Shown in pieces: positions 17,780-27,424 of a DNA stretch of 35,846 nt (positions within the stretch are counted from its first letter, which is position 1; every line of letters starts with the position of its first letter). Source of the stretch: an uncultured virus (IMG/VR IMGVR_UViG_3300043410_000946) (taxonomy: Duplodnaviria > Heunggongvirae > Uroviricota > Caudoviricetes); IMG/VR virus record IMGVR_UViG_3300043410_000946; one strand, given 5' to 3'. A program made the position numbers and the translations under genes. The notes under the pieces were generated by a model. That model did no database searches, had not been told where the DNA came from, and saw only the letters and a list, made by a program, of their open reading frames with translations.

Positions 17780-20700
17780 TATACTCTTACCCCTCGAATT
17801 CTCTGTGCATCAATCTGCTTGATTTGAGCCATTACAGTTCTTGCAATATCGTCAGCAGATGAGTCAGATTTTGCATTAACTGTCAGACTATAATTATACA
17901 CTGAGTCGCCAACTGATGCTCCAGCATTAATTGCTCTCATTGTGTCTACGCCATGATTATTAACAGCATATCTACTCATGACAAATTCTCCAGGCGTAAG
18001 CATTGCTGGAACAGTGTCTGTTCCAATTGCAAAACCACCCTTTGCAAAATATTTAGGAACTAGCCCACCTGCTGACATAGCATTTGCTTGAGCAAGTGCA
18101 GCATTTGCTGTATCTATTTCTTTTTGTGCATCTGCCTGCATTGCTCTGGCTGCATGCTGGCCGACAGCAAACTCTAGTCTCTTTGCTGTAGCCATATGAT
18201 CATTTGCTGTGGCAAGTGCTTTATTTGCTGCTTCTATTGCAGCAGTTTTTGCTGCTGAATTAGCAACATCAGTATTTACAACCTTTGGTGTAGGAACTGT
18301 TGAAGGTGTAGTATTTGCTCCTGCAGGCATTGGTGCTTGAATTGTTTTTACATACTGAGTAATCTCAATAGACTTACTCTTAATTGCATCATATGCTGTT
18401 TTAATATCTCCCCAAGCAGTTGCAATAGGCTTTGATACGTCTCCAACTACTCCAAGCGCTTTAGCCAAATCACCCTTTGCCAATTTTTCTGTTGCTTCTG
18501 CTGCTGATTTAATGTCTAACCATTGCTGTCTTGTTGCTCCTTGAATAATCCTATTCTTATCATTATCAGCAATCATCTTAAACAAGATATCGCTTTGCTG
18601 TTGTAGAGGAAGAACCTGATCAGTGATAGCCTTAAGAGCATTTTGTTGGTCAAGCAATGTTCCATACTGAATTTTTGCAATAGCATCTGTCTTAACCTGA
18701 ATTGCATCAAGTGCTGCCTGTCTTCCCTGCTCTAAATTATAAATTTCATCTTGAATAGATAGAATTTGCTTATCAATTGCTGCCTTGCCAAGTTCTAGAT
18801 TATAGACTTGCTGACTGATTTGCCATTGTTCTTCTTGAATATCTTTTTGTGATTTACCAGTTACTCCGCCACGCTGTGCACCAAGTTCGTTTTGTCTTGC
18901 TTGCTGCAGAGCCTGTTGTGCGTTCTGTCCAAATGCTGATGCTTGTGAGGCTCTCATGTCCTGAGCAGCCTTTGCTGCTGCTGCAATATCACCTCGTGAA
19001 AGTGCGTCTGCCAAACCTAGTTGTTGCTGTTGTTGCTCAATAATTCTTTGGTTAATCTCTTGAACCTTAGATAAAGCCTCTTGCTGCTTATCATATTTTT
19101 CGTTGATTGCTTCTGCAGCATGATTCATAACATCAAGATCATGTGAAAGAATTGCTGAGCGATCCTGCAAAGCCTGAATTGGTCTTGTATAGTTCATTTC
19201 TGCAGTACGGTTTAGTTTATCTATTGATCTTTGTCTTTGTTCAATAGGTCTTGTAAAGTTGGTCTCAACATCTCTTTGCATCTTGTCAACTTCTTGCTGC
19301 ATGCCGTCAATCTTTGATTGTGTAATATTAATTGCATCCTGAGCAATCTTTGACTGGTTGTTAAGGTCATCCATCTTAACCTGAAGTGATGCGTAAGTGT
19401 TACCTTCTTTATTCTTAAGAGTATTTTCATCAATCATCTTGTATGCATCAAACATTTCAGCAGCAGCATCTGCGCCAGCAATTTTCTTCTGAGCATCTGT
19501 TTGTGTAAATACTAACTCAATAATCTTTCTATCTGGAATCTCATCAATAAATCCAAGGGCTTGGTTAAATTGATTCTTTGCGTCTTCACCCATTGTTGCA
19601 AAGTTATCCATGCCAGTAATGAGTTGGTCAAGCATTGCTGGGTCAGCAAGCGCTTCACGAATTCCTTCTGCTGAAACTCCAGCCTGCTGCATCATTGAAA
19701 CAACCTCTGGGATTCTCTTTTGATTTCGTGCAGCATCTGTTGCTTCTTGACCTGTCTGAAATAGTGCTGAAATCTTGCTTCTAATTCTTGCCTGTGCTGT
19801 TAAGGCTGCGTTTGTCTCTAGTTCCTTTTGTGTAATCTTTCCAGTAGCAATTAAGGTGCGATAGTTTTCATCAGCAAGCATTGTTTGGATGTCTGCCTGA
19901 TTGTATCCAAGTGCTACCAACTTTGTTCTTGCTGCAATCTCTTGCTTGTTTGCTTGTACAGTTAGTAATTGGGCTTTATTATAATCTCCAGCAATGGCTT
20001 TGTTAAAGCCTTGCTCCATGAGTTTACCCTTGTCATTTAATACAAAGTCACCCTTCTTAACTCCCTTTTTCTTTTTGCCAGTATTTGGATCTACTCCTGC
20101 TTTTGTTGCAGCCTTACCAAACTTATTTAATGTTTCTTGGTCAAGTCCTGCAAGGTACTCGGTGAATTGTGCAGTCTTGCCAGTTTTAATCATCTGTTGC
20201 TCAAGGCCATTGAACTGATCCTTGATTGCCTTAATTCCAGTTTTTGCCATTGCTTTCTTTAACTCTGCAAATCCTCCTGCTGCATTAATTGCTGCTAAAC
20301 GAACATTGCGAAGTCGTGTAAGAATATCATCGTATGTTGTATCACGGTTTCCTTTTTCTGCGCTACCTGGTGGTGGTGGTGCGTCAAGTGAAGGTATGTT
20401 AAGGGATCCACCAATCACGTTCTTTGTATATGCTCTTGTTGCTGCATCTGTTTTCATGTAGGATTCAATTAACGCATTTTTTGCATCTATGTATGCCTGA
20501 GAGGTTGTACTAACTCCCCAGAATTCTTCGTCTGCCATCATTGCTTGGGTTGCACTTAATTCTGCTTCTGCACGTAATTGCTCTTCGTTAAGGTTTGCCT
20601 CTGATGCATATGTGACTGCTAGGTTTTGTAACCACTCTGCTTGCTGGTCTGCGGTTAGAGCATTATATTTATCCCACATATCCTTATTGCCCTCTAATTG

Positions 20701-23700
20701 CTTTAACATTGGAGCAAGTCTTGGGTCTGCTGCAGATGCTTCAGCAGTAGTAATTTTTGCGTTTTTTCCTTCTTTTTTAACCTGATCATCTTTTAACTTT
20801 TCAATATCTTCAATCTGTTTTTGAATTGTTTCAACACCCTTTAAACCAACTGTAGACACTAATAGTTCAAAATCAATTGTCGTACCATTTAAACTCTGCA
20901 TTTTCTTTAATGCTTCCATTGTTGCATCAAACTCTGCTGGATTTTTCTTTGTTAATATAATTTGTTGAATCATCTCTGTGGCGATCTTCTTCTTTGTAAA
21001 CCCAGAGAACATTCCCATTAACTCTTTTGTCTTTGCAATACCCTGAGTCTTAATACCAACATTTAAAAGAAAATCAAGTTTATCAAGTCGACCACTAAAT
21101 AGATTCATCATTTCTGTTGCTTCTGTAGGATTTAAAACCTTGCTTCCTACAAGAAGTTCCATTTTAGCCTGGAATGCCTGACCTGCTCTTGCAGTACCCA
21201 AACCATTCTTCTGATATGTTCCAGTTGTAGCATTATATGTTCCAGTTGTTGCATTTTCTTCAAGATCTTTTGTTTTATTTAAAAACTTTTCAGCAGCCTT
21301 TTCCTGATCTGTACCCTTATATGCTGACTCAACCGTTGCTCTTGATGCGTCAAAGTATGCGTCTTCACGCATTGCCTGTCCGCCCCAAACAGAGTCACTG
21401 TAGAATTTGCTAAAGTCATTTTCTGCCATAGCAAGTTGTCTCAGTATCTGGCCATTCATAACTTCAGTGTTTGCTGCGTTAGTATCATTTAAAGTATTTA
21501 GTTCATCTTGCAACTTTAATTTCTTTTGAAGATTTGTTGTAGAAGCAATTTCAGACTCTAATTTCTTTTTTGCAGTCTGATACTCATGCTCAACTGCATC
21601 TGCTTGCATAGTTGCAAGTTCAAGATTATTTATATTAAATGCTGCAAGTGCTGCAATGTCTTTTCTTACAGACTCTCCATTTGACTTCTTTTCTTCAATT
21701 GTCTTTAGTTGCTTTTCGCTTCTCATGCGGCCCTGAACAATCAGCCCAACCCTTGATTTTAGTGGCTCCTTTTCAAGATTTTCTCCATTAGGACCAAGTA
21801 GCATTCGCATCTTTCCAGAAACTTGCATCTCAACTTTTTGGTTTTTAAGTGCAAGACCAAGTGATGCTGCGATGCTTTCTGCTTGTGGACCAGTCAATAC
21901 ACCATCTGCAACCTGTGCAGCAAGTTTTAGCGCTAGGTCATCTGCTGCTTGCTTGTCTCCATACTTTGCAAGATTTTCTTTAAATGTCTTTTTGTATTCT
22001 TTGCCAAGATCTGACCCCATAAACTTTTTACCAAAGGTGTCTTGAACCTTAAATGACTCAGTATACTTACCATACTGGCTGCCTTTTCTTCTTCTATCCA
22101 TAATTTCAGAAGCACCAACCTTACCAGTTAGTTCTCCCATCTTCTTCATGCTCTCACGAGTAGCAGATGTTGAAATTGCAAACTTTGCTGCTTCAGCAGC
22201 CATCTTATTAAAGTGCTTATTGAGCATGTAGGCTCCTGCTCCTACCGCCATAATTCCTGCTGCTGCCCAACCTACTGGTCCCATACCAGCAAGCATTGGA
22301 GCAAACTGTGCAACTGTTGCTGCTGTACCTAATGCTGCTGTGACCTTTGGTGGCGCTCCTGCCATTCCTGCAACCATCGCTGCGGTGCCAAGTGCACCAG
22401 AAGCCTTACCAGAGAACTTGCCAACTTTTTCTCTACGCATTCCACGCTTCTTCTTTGTAAGTTGCTTTTGGCTTAGCGTTGTTGGTGCACCAGTTTCTGG
22501 GTCAATTAAAACAGAACCCTTACTGTCTCTTGTATAGGTTGCTGCTTCTTCGTATGCGTCAACAGAACTTAGCGCTGTGCTTGGAATCATATTTCCTGTT
22601 TGCGATCCAGCAGGAACAACTGGTGCAGCAGCCTCTGCAGCAAGTTTTGCATTGTATTGAGAAAGAAGAAGTCTTTGCTTTTCCTTTTCAGCATTAATTT
22701 GATCATTAAGGGCTGCTTCTTTTTGAGCATCCTTAATTGCTTCTTCTTCTGCAGCATTTAATTGATCTGCATTTTCTGCTGAATCTCTTAAACTATTCTG
22801 TGTAGCATTAATAAGTTCTTCGTTAGTAATTAGACTATTTGATTGACGCTCTGTTGTTTGTGCAATTTCGTTTGAAGAGATAATTTCTTGCTGCTTGGCA
22901 TTGTTAATTTGATCTTGAGCCTTTGCAGTTTGCTGTTGTGATTCAAGAACATCAACAGATGCAGCAGCAGTTGCTTCAGCATTATTAGATGCATTCTGTA
23001 CTTGCTTTACATTATTGGTTTGTGCAGCAGATAATTTTTCTGCGGACTTCTTTGATTTTGCTGATTCCTTTGCTGCTGCATACGCAGCCTCCGCTGCTTT
23101 AATTCTTAGTTTTGCTGCCTTTAGTTCGGCTTCATCTGCAAGTGCTTTTAGTTCCTCTGCATTCTTAGATGACTGTGCATTCTTACCAGCATTTTGTAGG
23201 CCAACATCTTCCCACTTGGCTTGTTCAATTCTTAGTCTTGCTGCTGTTTGTTCTGCCTTTGCTGCTTCCAGCATTAGTTGATCTGCCTTTTGCTGCTCTG
23301 CATTAATTGTTACATTAGCAGAGATGCCCATTGCAGATTTTTCTTCAATTACATTTTGTCCAAGATATGCTGCATCTACTGTACGGCTTGCACCAAGTTT
23401 TCTTCTTTGTCTATCTTGAGACTTTAGGACTTGTCTATCGTACTGTAATTCTGGTGTGTTAAGGTCATCATAGAAAGCCTTGTTAGTTAGGTCCATCTTG
23501 TCAACACGGGATGCTGTATCTGCTGCTGTTGGAATTGTAGCCCCACCAAGTTTAGATGCTTGTGATCTTACGCTTCCTTCTCCCTCTTGCATTCCAATAA
23601 CAAGTCCATCAACAACTTCACGACCTGCCTCTATACCCTTTTTAGAAGGTGACTGTGCTGCAGTTCCATTTGGACCTCTTAGACCATCAAATAGTGCACT

Positions 23701-26700
23701 TCCAACTGCTTCTCCATGCTGCGCTGCTCTTTTTATGTCAAGTTCATTTCCAACGGTTAAGTTTTTCATATTTTGTTTTTGATATGAACCCTGCATAGAC
23801 GTAATCTTCTCGCCACCAACCTCTATTTCATCTTGTAAACCAAGTTCTCCTCTTAGTGGCACATCTGATTTTTTAGGAACCGCTATTCTATTGCCTTGTC
23901 CACCACGTCCGTCATCTGGAGAAAATACTGCATATGTAGTTGTTTTTAATAAATTGTCTACAGCGCTTCTAAGCGTTGTGTCTGCTTGGTCAATTCTGGC
24001 GTTTGCTTTTCCAACAGCATCATAAAAATCTGCTTCTCCAAAGTTTTCTGGAAGTTTACTAATCTCATCAGCAATTAATCCACCATAGTTATCCATGCTT
24101 GATTGAAGTTGCGCCATGGTTTCTGGATTGTTCATTGCCTCCTCTAGTGTTATACCTTGAAGTCTTGCCCATTCTTGATAAATAGGAGATAATGTTTTTC
24201 CAGCATCAGTACCAGTGAATAGATCCATGATCTCGCCCTTTGGCATTGCAAAGTTTCCACCTTCTGCTCTGGTGTTTGCTTCCTTTGGCATAATAAATCC
24301 AAAACTGCTCATCTCATAGGCTCTGCCTCCACCAGTTGCAGCAGAAGAAAGTGCTTTTGACAAACTGGTATCTGTTCTCTTGCCAGTAGAAGAAACTCTT
24401 TGTGACTGGGTAGCAAGTCTTGCTAATTCATCTGGATCACTGATTTCTTCCCCGTGATCTGCTCCATGAGCAAACACATATTCTCTATCGCCAAATTTTG
24501 TAGCAGATGTTCCGTGATATTGTTCTCTAAATGATCCACCTGTAACTGCATCTGTTTGCTTTGTAATGTTTTCAATTGCACTTGCTGTAACAGTTTCTAG
24601 CCCTTGAACAGACTCTGCAAACATTGACTTTAGTCTTTCAGCAAATTCTGGTCCAACACGATCTACTGCCTTTGTTAGTTCATCTGACAAAAGTTTTGCT
24701 ACCGCTGATTGTGATTTTGCATTTGGTGCCATTGCTGAAATTGCTGCAACAAAGTCTTCCCTGCTCATTCCCATAAGTTCTGATGCTGTTTGTCTTGCAC
24801 CTTCGCCAAGAGTTCCACCATTATATTTTTTAAAGTTATTATTCATAAGTGCAGAAAGCATTGCTTGTCCTTCTGGACTTTGTGCAATTCCTGCTGGAAC
24901 TACTGCTTCGCCTGGAGTAAGCATTGCTGGAACAGTGTCTTTGTTTCCTGTTCCAGGAACACTTATAATTCCCTCAGCATACTTTGGAAGACCTGATACG
25001 GCGCCTGCTGCGCCTGGTACTGCATTAAATAATCCTGGTGATCCTGAAGCAAGTGCTCGTGCTTGTGACGCAGCATTTGAGTATGCACCTGCTAGGGCAT
25101 CAAGGGATGCCTTCTCTACATTAAATGTTGAAATGAGTTCTTGGTGTGCACCATGGAGTGCCTGTGATTGTGCAAGGTTGTCAATTTCTGCTTGTGTTAA
25201 ATAATCAAACCCTCCACCCAAAACATTATTTTGACCATTAAGTTTAGCCATTCCACCACGAAGCATTCCAAAGAACTTAACAAGGTTCGCTGCACCGTTA
25301 GCAATAAGACCAATAGTCATAAGTGCTACTGGAGCAATACCGCCAAGAACTGCAATAAACCCAACAACAAATTTCTTTGTTCCTTCAGACAGGTTGTTAA
25401 ACTTTTCTAGAATCTTTCCAGCAAACTGAACTACTGGAGTTACTGCTTCAAGGAATGCCTTACCAATTGGAATCAATTGTAATTTAAGGTTTTCAAGTTG
25501 CTTCTGGAACTTTACACCAACAGCATTTTCAACCTTGCCTAATTCTCGCTCAGACAGGATTGCTAACTCTTCAACAGATGCTCCTGCAAGTTGGAATGTC
25601 TTACTTGCCTGAGAACCTTCCTTTGTAATGTTTTGGAATAATGTAGAAATACGAGCAAACTGGAACTTACCAAATAGTTGTTCAATTGCTCTTGATCTTT
25701 CAAGTGGTGCGAGTGTATCTAACGCTCTTGCAAATCCTACTACAGTTCCCTTTAGGTCCCCTGCGTTTGCTTCAACAATTCCTTTAATATTAATTCCAAG
25801 GCTTGCCAACATTTCTGCTGCTTTCTTGGATGGATTGATCATAGACGCAAGACCAGATTTAAGTGCGTTAGCGCCTTCAGATGCGTTGATTCCGCCCTCC
25901 TTCATTGCAGTCATAAAGAATGCAAGATCTTCTACGGAACCACCAAGTTGCTTTACAACTGGTGCAGCCTTTGGAATTGCTGTTGTTAAATCTGAAATTG
26001 AAAGTACTGTCTGGTTTTCAACTGCGTTAAGGAAGTTGATCTTCTTTGCTAATTCTTCAGCAGAAATACCAAACGCATTTTGTAATGAAATTGTTGTCTC
26101 TAATGCTTCTTGTTGTGTTACCTGTCCAAGTACTGCAAGTTTGGTAGCGTTTGTAACCTGTGCTTGAAGTGCTCCACCTGTAAGACCCATCGCAGCAGCC
26201 TCTGCTGCCATATTCATTGTATCTACTGCTGCAACGCCAAACTTTGTAAATTCTTTTGCAAGTAACTGAATATCTGCAATTGCTTTATCTGTATCAGATA
26301 CGCTGGTAAGCATATCTCCATAAACTCTTGAGAACTTTACAGTTGCCTGTTCCATTTCTCTGAATGACTTAGCAGCAACTGATCCAAGCATAGATAAAGG
26401 AATAGTCAGACCAACCATCAACTGGCGACCTGCCCACTGAGTATTCTTACCAAAGTTAAGAAGTTGTGTTGATCCCTGCTTAATTAACTGGTTAAAGAAT
26501 TGCTGTCTTTGTGCAGCCATCTGTGTACGAGTTGCATAATCTGCATACTCTCCATTGACCATCTTAAGATGCTTTGGAACTACCTGCAAAACCTTAACTA
26601 ATTCACCATTGGCATTTGTTAATTGGATATACTGTGTTTGTAGAGACTTTACTCTATCTTTCATTGCACGATTAAGAATGTCTTTTTCTTGTGCAAATGC

Positions 26701-27024
26701 TCCCTTTAATGTTTTGCTATTGAGGGTTGCTGCAGCAGCAGTGTACTTAAAGTACTGCGACATGCTGAGTTTGTTCTTTTCTAGGGCATCAGTGAACGCA
26801 GATGTGCTAGAAACGATATTACGTTGAGACGCAACAAACTTGCCAGTCGAATTAATTGACTGGACAAGTTGTGCGTTTAGACCTTTTTGAGCGTTAGCAG
26901 CAGCAAGGTTTCCTTCTGTTAAAGCCTGATTAAACTTGCTCAGGCCAGCCTGAAGTTGTCTTAACTGTGCAAGGGCGTCGGCAGTATCAAAATGTATACC
27001 AATATTAGCGTTTACATCTGACAC
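17779..27024 (-). CDS. tape measure protein (3081 aa)
   Basis: Very long Ala/Gln/Lys-rich helical ORF after the chaperones; TP901-like core (GINASEGANALKS), hydrophobic segments, C-terminal DTVPAMLTPGEFV; GTG start after GGGGTG. Confidence 0.95.
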   Translation of the reverse strand: MSDVNANIGIHFDTADALAQLRQLQAGLSKFNQALTEGNLAAANAQKGLNAQLVQSINSTGKFVASQRNIVSSTSAFTDALEKNKLSMSQYFKYTAAAATLNSKTLKGAFAQEKDILNRAMKDRVKSLQTQYIQLTNANGELVKVLQVVPKHLKMVNGEYADYATRTQMAAQRQQFFNQLIKQGSTQLLNFGKNTQWAGRQLMVGLTIPLSMLGSVAAKSFREMEQATVKFSRVYGDMLTSVSDTDKAIADIQLLAKEFTKFGVAAVDTMNMAAEAAAMGLTGGALQAQVTNATKLAVLGQVTQQEALETTISLQNAFGISAEELAKKINFLNAVENQTVLSISDLTTAIPKAAPVVKQLGGSVEDLAFFMTAMKEGGINASEGANALKSGLASMINPSKKAAEMLASLGINIKGIVEANAGDLKGTVVGFARALDTLAPLERSRAIEQLFGKFQFARISTLFQNITKEGSQASKTFQLAGASVEELAILSERELGKVENAVGVKFQKQLENLKLQLIPIGKAFLEAVTPVVQFAGKILEKFNNLSEGTKKFVVGFIAVLGGIAPVALMTIGLIANGAANLVKFFGMLRGGMAKLNGQNNVLGGGFDYLTQAEIDNLAQSQALHGAHQELISTFNVEKASLDALAGAYSNAASQARALASGSPGLFNAVPGAAGAVSGLPKYAEGIISVPGTGNKDTVPAMLTPGEAVVPAGIAQSPEGQAMLSALMNNNFKKYNGGTLGEGARQTASELMGMSREDFVAAISAMAPNAKSQSAVAKLLSDELTKAVDRVGPEFAERLKSMFAESVQGLETVTASAIENITKQTDAVTGGSFREQYHGTSATKFGDREYVFAHGADHGEEISDPDELARLATQSQRVSSTGKRTDTSLSKALSSAATGGGRAYEMSSFGFIMPKEANTRAEGGNFAMPKGEIMDLFTGTDAGKTLSPIYQEWARLQGITLEEAMNNPETMAQLQSSMDNYGGLIADEISKLPENFGEADFYDAVGKANARIDQADTTLRSAVDNLLKTTTYAVFSPDDGRGGQGNRIAVPKKSDVPLRGELGLQDEIEVGGEKITSMQGSYQKQNMKNLTVGNELDIKRAAQHGEAVGSALFDGLRGPNGTAAQSPSKKGIEAGREVVDGLVIGMQEGEGSVRSQASKLGGATIPTAADTASRVDKMDLTNKAFYDDLNTPELQYDRQVLKSQDRQRRKLGASRTVDAAYLGQNVIEEKSAMGISANVTINAEQQKADQLMLEAAKAEQTAARLRIEQAKWEDVGLQNAGKNAQSSKNAEELKALADEAELKAAKLRIKAAEAAYAAAKESAKSKKSAEKLSAAQTNNVKQVQNASNNAEATAAASVDVLESQQQTAKAQDQINNAKQQEIISSNEIAQTTERQSNSLITNEELINATQNSLRDSAENADQLNAAEEEAIKDAQKEAALNDQINAEKEKQRLLLSQYNAKLAAEAAAPVVPAGSQTGNMIPSTALSSVDAYEEAATYTRDSKGSVLIDPETGAPTTLSQKQLTKKKRGMRREKVGKFSGKASGALGTAAMVAGMAGAPPKVTAALGTAATVAQFAPMLAGMGPVGWAAAGIMAVGAGAYMLNKHFNKMAAEAAKFAISTSATRESMKKMGELTGKVGASEIMDRRRKGSQYGKYTESFKVQDTFGKKFMGSDLGKEYKKTFKENLAKYGDKQAADDLALKLAAQVADGVLTGPQAESIAASLGLALKNQKVEMQVSGKMRMLLGPNGENLEKEPLKSRVGLIVQGRMRSEKQLKTIEEKKSNGESVRKDIAALAAFNINNLELATMQADAVEHEYQTAKKKLESEIASTTNLQKKLKLQDELNTLNDTNAANTEVMNGQILRQLAMAENDFSKFYSDSVWGGQAMREDAYFDASRATVESAYKGTDQEKAAEKFLNKTKDLEENATTGTYNATTGTYQKNGLGTARAGQAFQAKMELLVGSKVLNPTEATEMMNLFSGRLDKLDFLLNVGIKTQGIAKTKELMGMFSGFTKKKIATEMIQQIILTKKNPAEFDATMEALKKMQSLNGTTIDFELLVSTVGLKGVETIQKQIEDIEKLKDDQVKKEGKNAKITTAEASAADPRLAPMLKQLEGNKDMWDKYNALTADQQAEWLQNLAVTYASEANLNEEQLRAEAELSATQAMMADEEFWGVSTTSQAYIDAKNALIESYMKTDAATRAYTKNVIGGSLNIPSLDAPPPPGSAEKGNRDTTYDDILTRLRNVRLAAINAAGGFAELKKAMAKTGIKAIKDQFNGLEQQMIKTGKTAQFTEYLAGLDQETLNKFGKAATKAGVDPNTGKKKKGVKKGDFVLNDKGKLMEQGFNKAIAGDYNKAQLLTVQANKQEIAARTKLVALGYNQADIQTMLADENYRTLIATGKITQKELETNAALTAQARIRSKISALFQTGQEATDAARNQKRIPEVVSMMQQAGVSAEGIREALADPAMLDQLITGMDNFATMGEDAKNQFNQALGFIDEIPDRKIIELVFTQTDAQKKIAGADAAAEMFDAYKMIDENTLKNKEGNTYASLQVKMDDLNNQSKIAQDAINITQSKIDGMQQEVDKMQRDVETNFTRPIEQRQRSIDKLNRTAEMNYTRPIQALQDRSAILSHDLDVMNHAAEAINEKYDKQQEALSKVQEINQRIIEQQQQQLGLADALSRGDIAAAAKAAQDMRASQASAFGQNAQQALQQARQNELGAQRGGVTGKSQKDIQEEQWQISQQVYNLELGKAAIDKQILSIQDEIYNLEQGRQAALDAIQVKTDAIAKIQYGTLLDQQNALKAITDQVLPLQQQSDILFKMIADNDKNRIIQGATRQQWLDIKSAAEATEKLAKGDLAKALGVVGDVSKPIATAWGDIKTAYDAIKSKSIEITQYVKTIQAPMPAGANTTPSTVPTPKVVNTDVANSAAKTAAIEAANKALATANDHMATAKRLEFAVGQHAARAMQADAQKEIDTANAALAQANAMSAGGLVPKYFAKGGFAIGTDTVPAMLTPGEFVMSRYAVNNHGVDTMRAINAGASVGDSVYNYSLTVNAKSDSSADDIARTVMAQIKQIDAQRIRGVRV
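17996..18019. repeat. 24-nt direct repeat, copy near the TMP C-terminus
   Basis: GTAAGCATTGCTGGAACAGTGTCT, identical to 24917-24940. Confidence 0.9.
24917..24940. repeat. 24-nt direct repeat, internal TMP copy
   Basis: GTAAGCATTGCTGGAACAGTGTCT, identical to 17996-18019. Confidence 0.9.
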
Positions 27025-27052
27025 TTTTCATAACACCCCGTTTTCTTATTTT

Positions 27053-27373
27053 TTATTTTCCAGCAAGCAGTGCTGATGGATCTGCAAGTTGGATTCCAGA
27101 TGCTGCATCAATTACTGCATAGACTGTTGGCAAATCAATATTATCTTCTAGTTCTTCTCTTGTTACTGGCTCCTTGACATATTGCTTAAATGCAATTTCA
27201 ACGCAGTCCATGAGGACATCCATTGACTCGTCATTATCTTCTGCAACTGCAGTAAGATCAGCAAAGCGCTTCATAAAAGGCTTAAGCAAAGAGATCTTGA
27301 GTGGTCTAACATCAATAGATGTTCCATCAAGTAATGTGATTGTTTTTACTGCTGATTCTGTCTTTTCTGACAT
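27053..27373 (-). CDS. tail assembly chaperone, short (G-like) form
   Basis: Acidic 106-aa protein directly before the TMP; paralogous to the N-terminal half of 27425-28108; GGAGG SD. Confidence 0.8.
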   Translation of the reverse strand: MSEKTESAVKTITLLDGTSIDVRPLKISLLKPFMKRFADLTAVAEDNDESMDVLMDCVEIAFKQYVKEPVTREELEDNIDLPTVYAVIDAASGIQLADPSALLAGK

Positions 27374-27399
27374 TATTCCTCCATTAGGTTAGTTAGTTA

Positions 27400-27408
27400 A
27401 TTATACCA
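27400..27408 (-). promoter_or_regulatory. extended -10 promoter TGGTATAAT
   Basis: Perfect TGn-TATAAT in the gap between the two chaperone genes. Confidence 0.7.
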
Positions 27409-27424
27409 TAGGCAGGCCTTTGAT

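Noticed and set aside
27025..27061. Frameshift or readthrough fusion of the short chaperone to the TMP
   Set aside because: The TMP frame has TAA and TGA stops upstream of its GTG, and the other frames close within about 15 codons.
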